DNA of 64,000 bases from Paraspadella gotoi (Eukaryota > Animalia > Chaetognatha), in NCBI GenBank assembly GCA_051294375.1, contig CM119264.1, positions 9,807,907-9,871,906 of the forward strand. The letters run 5' to 3'. Below the pieces are notes generated by a model. That model searched no databases, had not been told where the DNA came from, and worked only from the letters and a program-made list of their open reading frames with translations. Shown piece after piece: positions 60,347-64,000 of the stretch; position 1 is the stretch's first letter; every line of letters starts with the position of its first letter. A program made the position numbers and the translations under genes.

Positions 60347-61539
60347 TATTATTACATGTTTCAAATAAATCGTTGTTGAATATATTTCAAACTCTTCTCT
60401 AAATCAAATAATTTTAAAAAGATTAATATATCGTCTAAAGAGTAAGAGACTATTATACAAATATTTATTCATATTTTAAAATCATTAATCATTAAGAGTT
60501 TTTGGCATAATGTATAGTTTATTATCTTTTGATAATTACGAGCGATAATAGAAAATATTTCGCTATCGGACCTGATCGACAGTACAATTGAGTAGTTTAC
60601 AAAAATACAATGATCATAATTGTACATCGAATATTTAACAAGTAAACATTAAGAGGATGAGAAATCTTTCAGTCTGTGCTTTTTCTTTAAGTTCTCTGAT
60701 TTGTTAATTTTCGCCGGCTCTGCCAATGTGCGATGAGGCGAGATATTTTCTCCGTGTCGTTGAAACGACAGCTTCTTCAGAGTAATGATTTTTAAAATTT
60801 GACTCGATATCTGGTCCTACCTCTATTAATAGTTCTTGTAACTTGAAACCACGTGATGTCCCGTTTAATATTTAATAAATAAAAATAATAATCACTATGC
60901 AACACGAACAGTTAAAATTAATCACGAATAAATACTTAATAAATACTGAAGAAATACTAGAGAACGACGGAGACGTATAAAGAGTTTTGTTCAAATGCCG
61001 AATCCTGAATGATCGCGATAGAGAGACGATGAGACAAAAGTCAGTATTTTCCTTGAACGGGAGAAAAAGGAGCAACCGAGTTATTAATATTTGTCTGGAT
61101 TTTACAATAACACGTGTCACAAACAAAGCGAATACAGTATCATTTTTAACAAAAGCGTTTAAGACGAAAATAAAGGTTTTTAAAAAGTTGAACAATGGTA
61201 AAATCACGATGAGTTCTCTCAAAACCCGGCTGTTGCCATAGTATACCAGTCATGATTCAAAGATGACAATTCGCCATGTCGTTTTTAAATGAACCATTGG
61301 TCCGTTAAAAGTCGCTGTCTTTAATCCTTTGTTGCTTCAACAACAAAAGAACATACTGAAAAGCCATGGCTCGCGACCAGAACGCTCGTAACAAAGAAAG
61401 ATCTACAAAAATTTCTACATTGCATTTTAGAGATATAATATAAATTATATAATATAATTTATAATATAATACAATTTATATTATAATTTAGAGATGAAAC
61501 GAAAAATTCGTTGTAATAGCAATTTTTTAAAATTTTTTA

Positions 61540-61590
61540 TTAATGTACATGTTTCGACTCTTAGTGTTACGAGTCTTCATCAGCAAATGA
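61540..61590 (-). ncRNA. Minimal type I hammerhead ribozyme motif (Penelope-like element type)
   Basis: Minus strand reads CUGAUGA-A-GACUC-loop-GAGUC-GAAAC-AU-GUA, followed by AATAAA. Confidence 0.7.
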
Positions 61591-63026
61591 ATTCAATAGA
61601 CCAAATTTTTTAAACATTAGTTTGAGAGAGAGAGAGAAAGAGAGAGAGAGTTTCCAACAAAGAATTGAGCAAGGATAGTGGTCAGATGTGAGGACAGGTG
61701 AAAGTAGGGAAAGAGAGAGCAAATAATTTTTGAAATTGGTGAAAAGAAAGAGAGAGAGAGAGAGACACAGGGATCAATACATTAGGCAATGTACAACAGT
61801 GAAAAATTTTAGAAAACTAAATATTTAACAAAAGTAATAATAAATAATTGTTAGCTGATGATTGTTGGTAAGAGAAAATGAAATAGAAGAATAAGTGATG
61901 AGGGATAGATAAGTTAAAGATAAGTGAAATAGTAAGGTAAGAAAAGAGCTCAAAAATGAGCTGGCCCCCCCCCAGCCGGGCAAATGTGGGACGTTAACGA
62001 TGTAAAATTTCAGCGGGAAAGATGTTGCGTAATAAACGAGCCACAAAAATAATCCTCTTTCGCAAACCGCGGTTGCTCGTCGCATGGCCATGGCTTTCGG
62101 ATTTGGATTCGCGGTATAGTAAATTATGCGCATTTGGGTCCAATATAAAATGTAAAACGAAACAAAAGCCCTTTGTTTTCTTCGGATTTATTTTAACTTT
62201 AAAAAATTGATCCCGCGCTCCCCAAAAAATCGAAAGTAAACACACTGGGCTTTCTTCCAGTGTATTCAAAATAGTTATATATTGACGGCTTGAGGTCGGA
62301 ATTAAAGGTTAAAAAAGTTGTTTATTTGATTACCAAAACAAGCAATCAAGCATAATTTTTTTTTCATTTTTTCAGTCAGGTGCTTGGAGGAGACAAAATG
62401 CTTTTTATATATAAAGTCAAAGTGAACTTTTGTTGAGTACAATTGAAGAACGAGCTGGTCTTCGTGGAGGAAGATTGGAAGGGGTAGAACCACTCTATTT
62501 AAAATGCATTTTAATACATGAAAAGGTTAAAATAAAGCTCGCGCTCCCCATTCATGTTCTTCCCAAGAACCTACGCTTTCCGAATATACCCATATTGTCC
62601 CTCTTTATTAAGTGCTTGACCATGGAATTTTAAAAATAATCGATTTCTAGCAAAAACCTGATCGCCCCTTCGACTCGAACGACTTGCATCCCCAGTTTAA
62701 CCTTTCTTTTTTTTTGTTTGTGTGAATTTAGGAGAGAAACGAAAATTTCCTTTTTAACAACAAATGATTTTATTTAAAATAAAAATCGGACATGTTTCGA
62801 CTAATTGGTTTTCGAGTCATCCGAGTTGATCTCCGATCGATCGTCGAAAGTAAGGATTGGGTAGTACTAGTAGTGAAAGAATAAAAGAAAGAAAAAATGG
62901 GTACGGGTTGGTTTCATTCCGTTATTCACTATTCTTTCTTTTCGGTTGTCTGTTTNNNNNNNNNNCTTTTTTTTTCTTTCTTTTATTCTTTCATTCTTTC
63001 ATTCTTTCCTTCTTTCTCTCTTTTTT

Positions 63027-63118
<92 letters not shown>

Positions 63119-64000
63119 TCCTGTTTTTTTATTAAATCTTGCTTTCTTTTTTTTAATTTATTTTTCTATTTCATTTTTTAATTTCTATTTTCTTTATAAT
63201 TTAAAACGTACTGAAATTTACACTTTACCTGGTCACGTTTTTGTTATCAAAAAATAATTAGCCTGGAAAAAGACTACTAGTTTGGCAATATTATCAATTT
63301 ATCAGCAGTTTTGTAAGTCAGAAAACCAGGGTGTCCGCTTTTCTCATTCGTTCCTAAAGTTTCTTGCTTTTTTGGTTTGGAAGGTTTTGGTGTTAAAGGG
63401 TGGGTCCTCGCCTGGGAACCAGGCTTGGGGGCTTTCAACCCCCCTAAGGGGGTTTACGGCCGTGCTCACACTTCACGAAGGGTGGTCCCCGGGTTGGGAT
63501 TGAGCCCGGTACCCAGTGGTCATGAGCTGATTGCTTTACTAGATGAGAGCCAAAGGGACACAACTGAGTGATTGATATTTCTATGCGGGGTGAACCTGGG
63601 CAAATCTACCACTGATAGTTAAAAAGTTTTGACAGAAAAATTATTGTACTACATAATGCATTATAAACTTTATGGATGTCGTACGTATAAGCTGATCTAG
63701 ATATCTGTTTTACTGATTCTGCTTTAGGAGAATACATAGAAAATACAAAAAATTGCGTTTTTTTTTTAAAAACAACTTTAATTAATATTATTAATTCGAT
63801 TAAAATTCTTTTTCTTTATTAGGACGAATCAATAAGAATCGATAGAAATCAATCGGTTGACTGTTGACGGTTAATTGGTTATCTAGTGCCCTCACCAACT
63901 GGATCTCCTATTTGCAATCAAAAACCGAATATTAAAGGACTATCCTGATATATAGTAAGCGTCATCCCAAATCACGTTTTTTTTTCATCCTTTCCTTCAA

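Noticed and set aside
60870-62270. Hydrophobic minus-strand ORF fragments faintly resembling GPCR helices
   Set aside because: No convincing conserved motifs; AT-rich DNA readily gives hydrophobic ORFs.

Overview
Eukaryotic, most likely invertebrate-animal, draft-assembly DNA: AT-rich introns, GC-richer exons, many GA/TTTC/TCG microsatellites, N-gaps and error-rich stretches. Most of the window is one large multi-exon gene for a secreted mosaic protein: about 9 EGF domains, a LamG-like domain, Cys-rich units, two F-type-lectin/F5-8C-like domains and a second LamG-like domain. It is present as scrambled direct and inverted duplicate pieces, probably two haplotypes. An intronless arylamine N-acetyltransferase gene appears to be nested antisense in one intron (intact in one copy, only a 3' stub in the other). 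Two hAT-like DNA transposons sit in other introns: one carries a frameshifted, intron-containing transposase, the other has an 8-bp target-site duplication (TSD) and a matching empty site. Downstream lie an unusual single-exon secreted protein with 28 consecutive Asn-x-x tripeptides (almost all Asn-small-hydrophobic) between acidic helical modules (the most novel feature), a divergent beta-tubulin, several minimal hammerhead-ribozyme motifs and two unexplained hairpin-rich GC islands. All calls come from reading the sequence by eye; no database searches were run.
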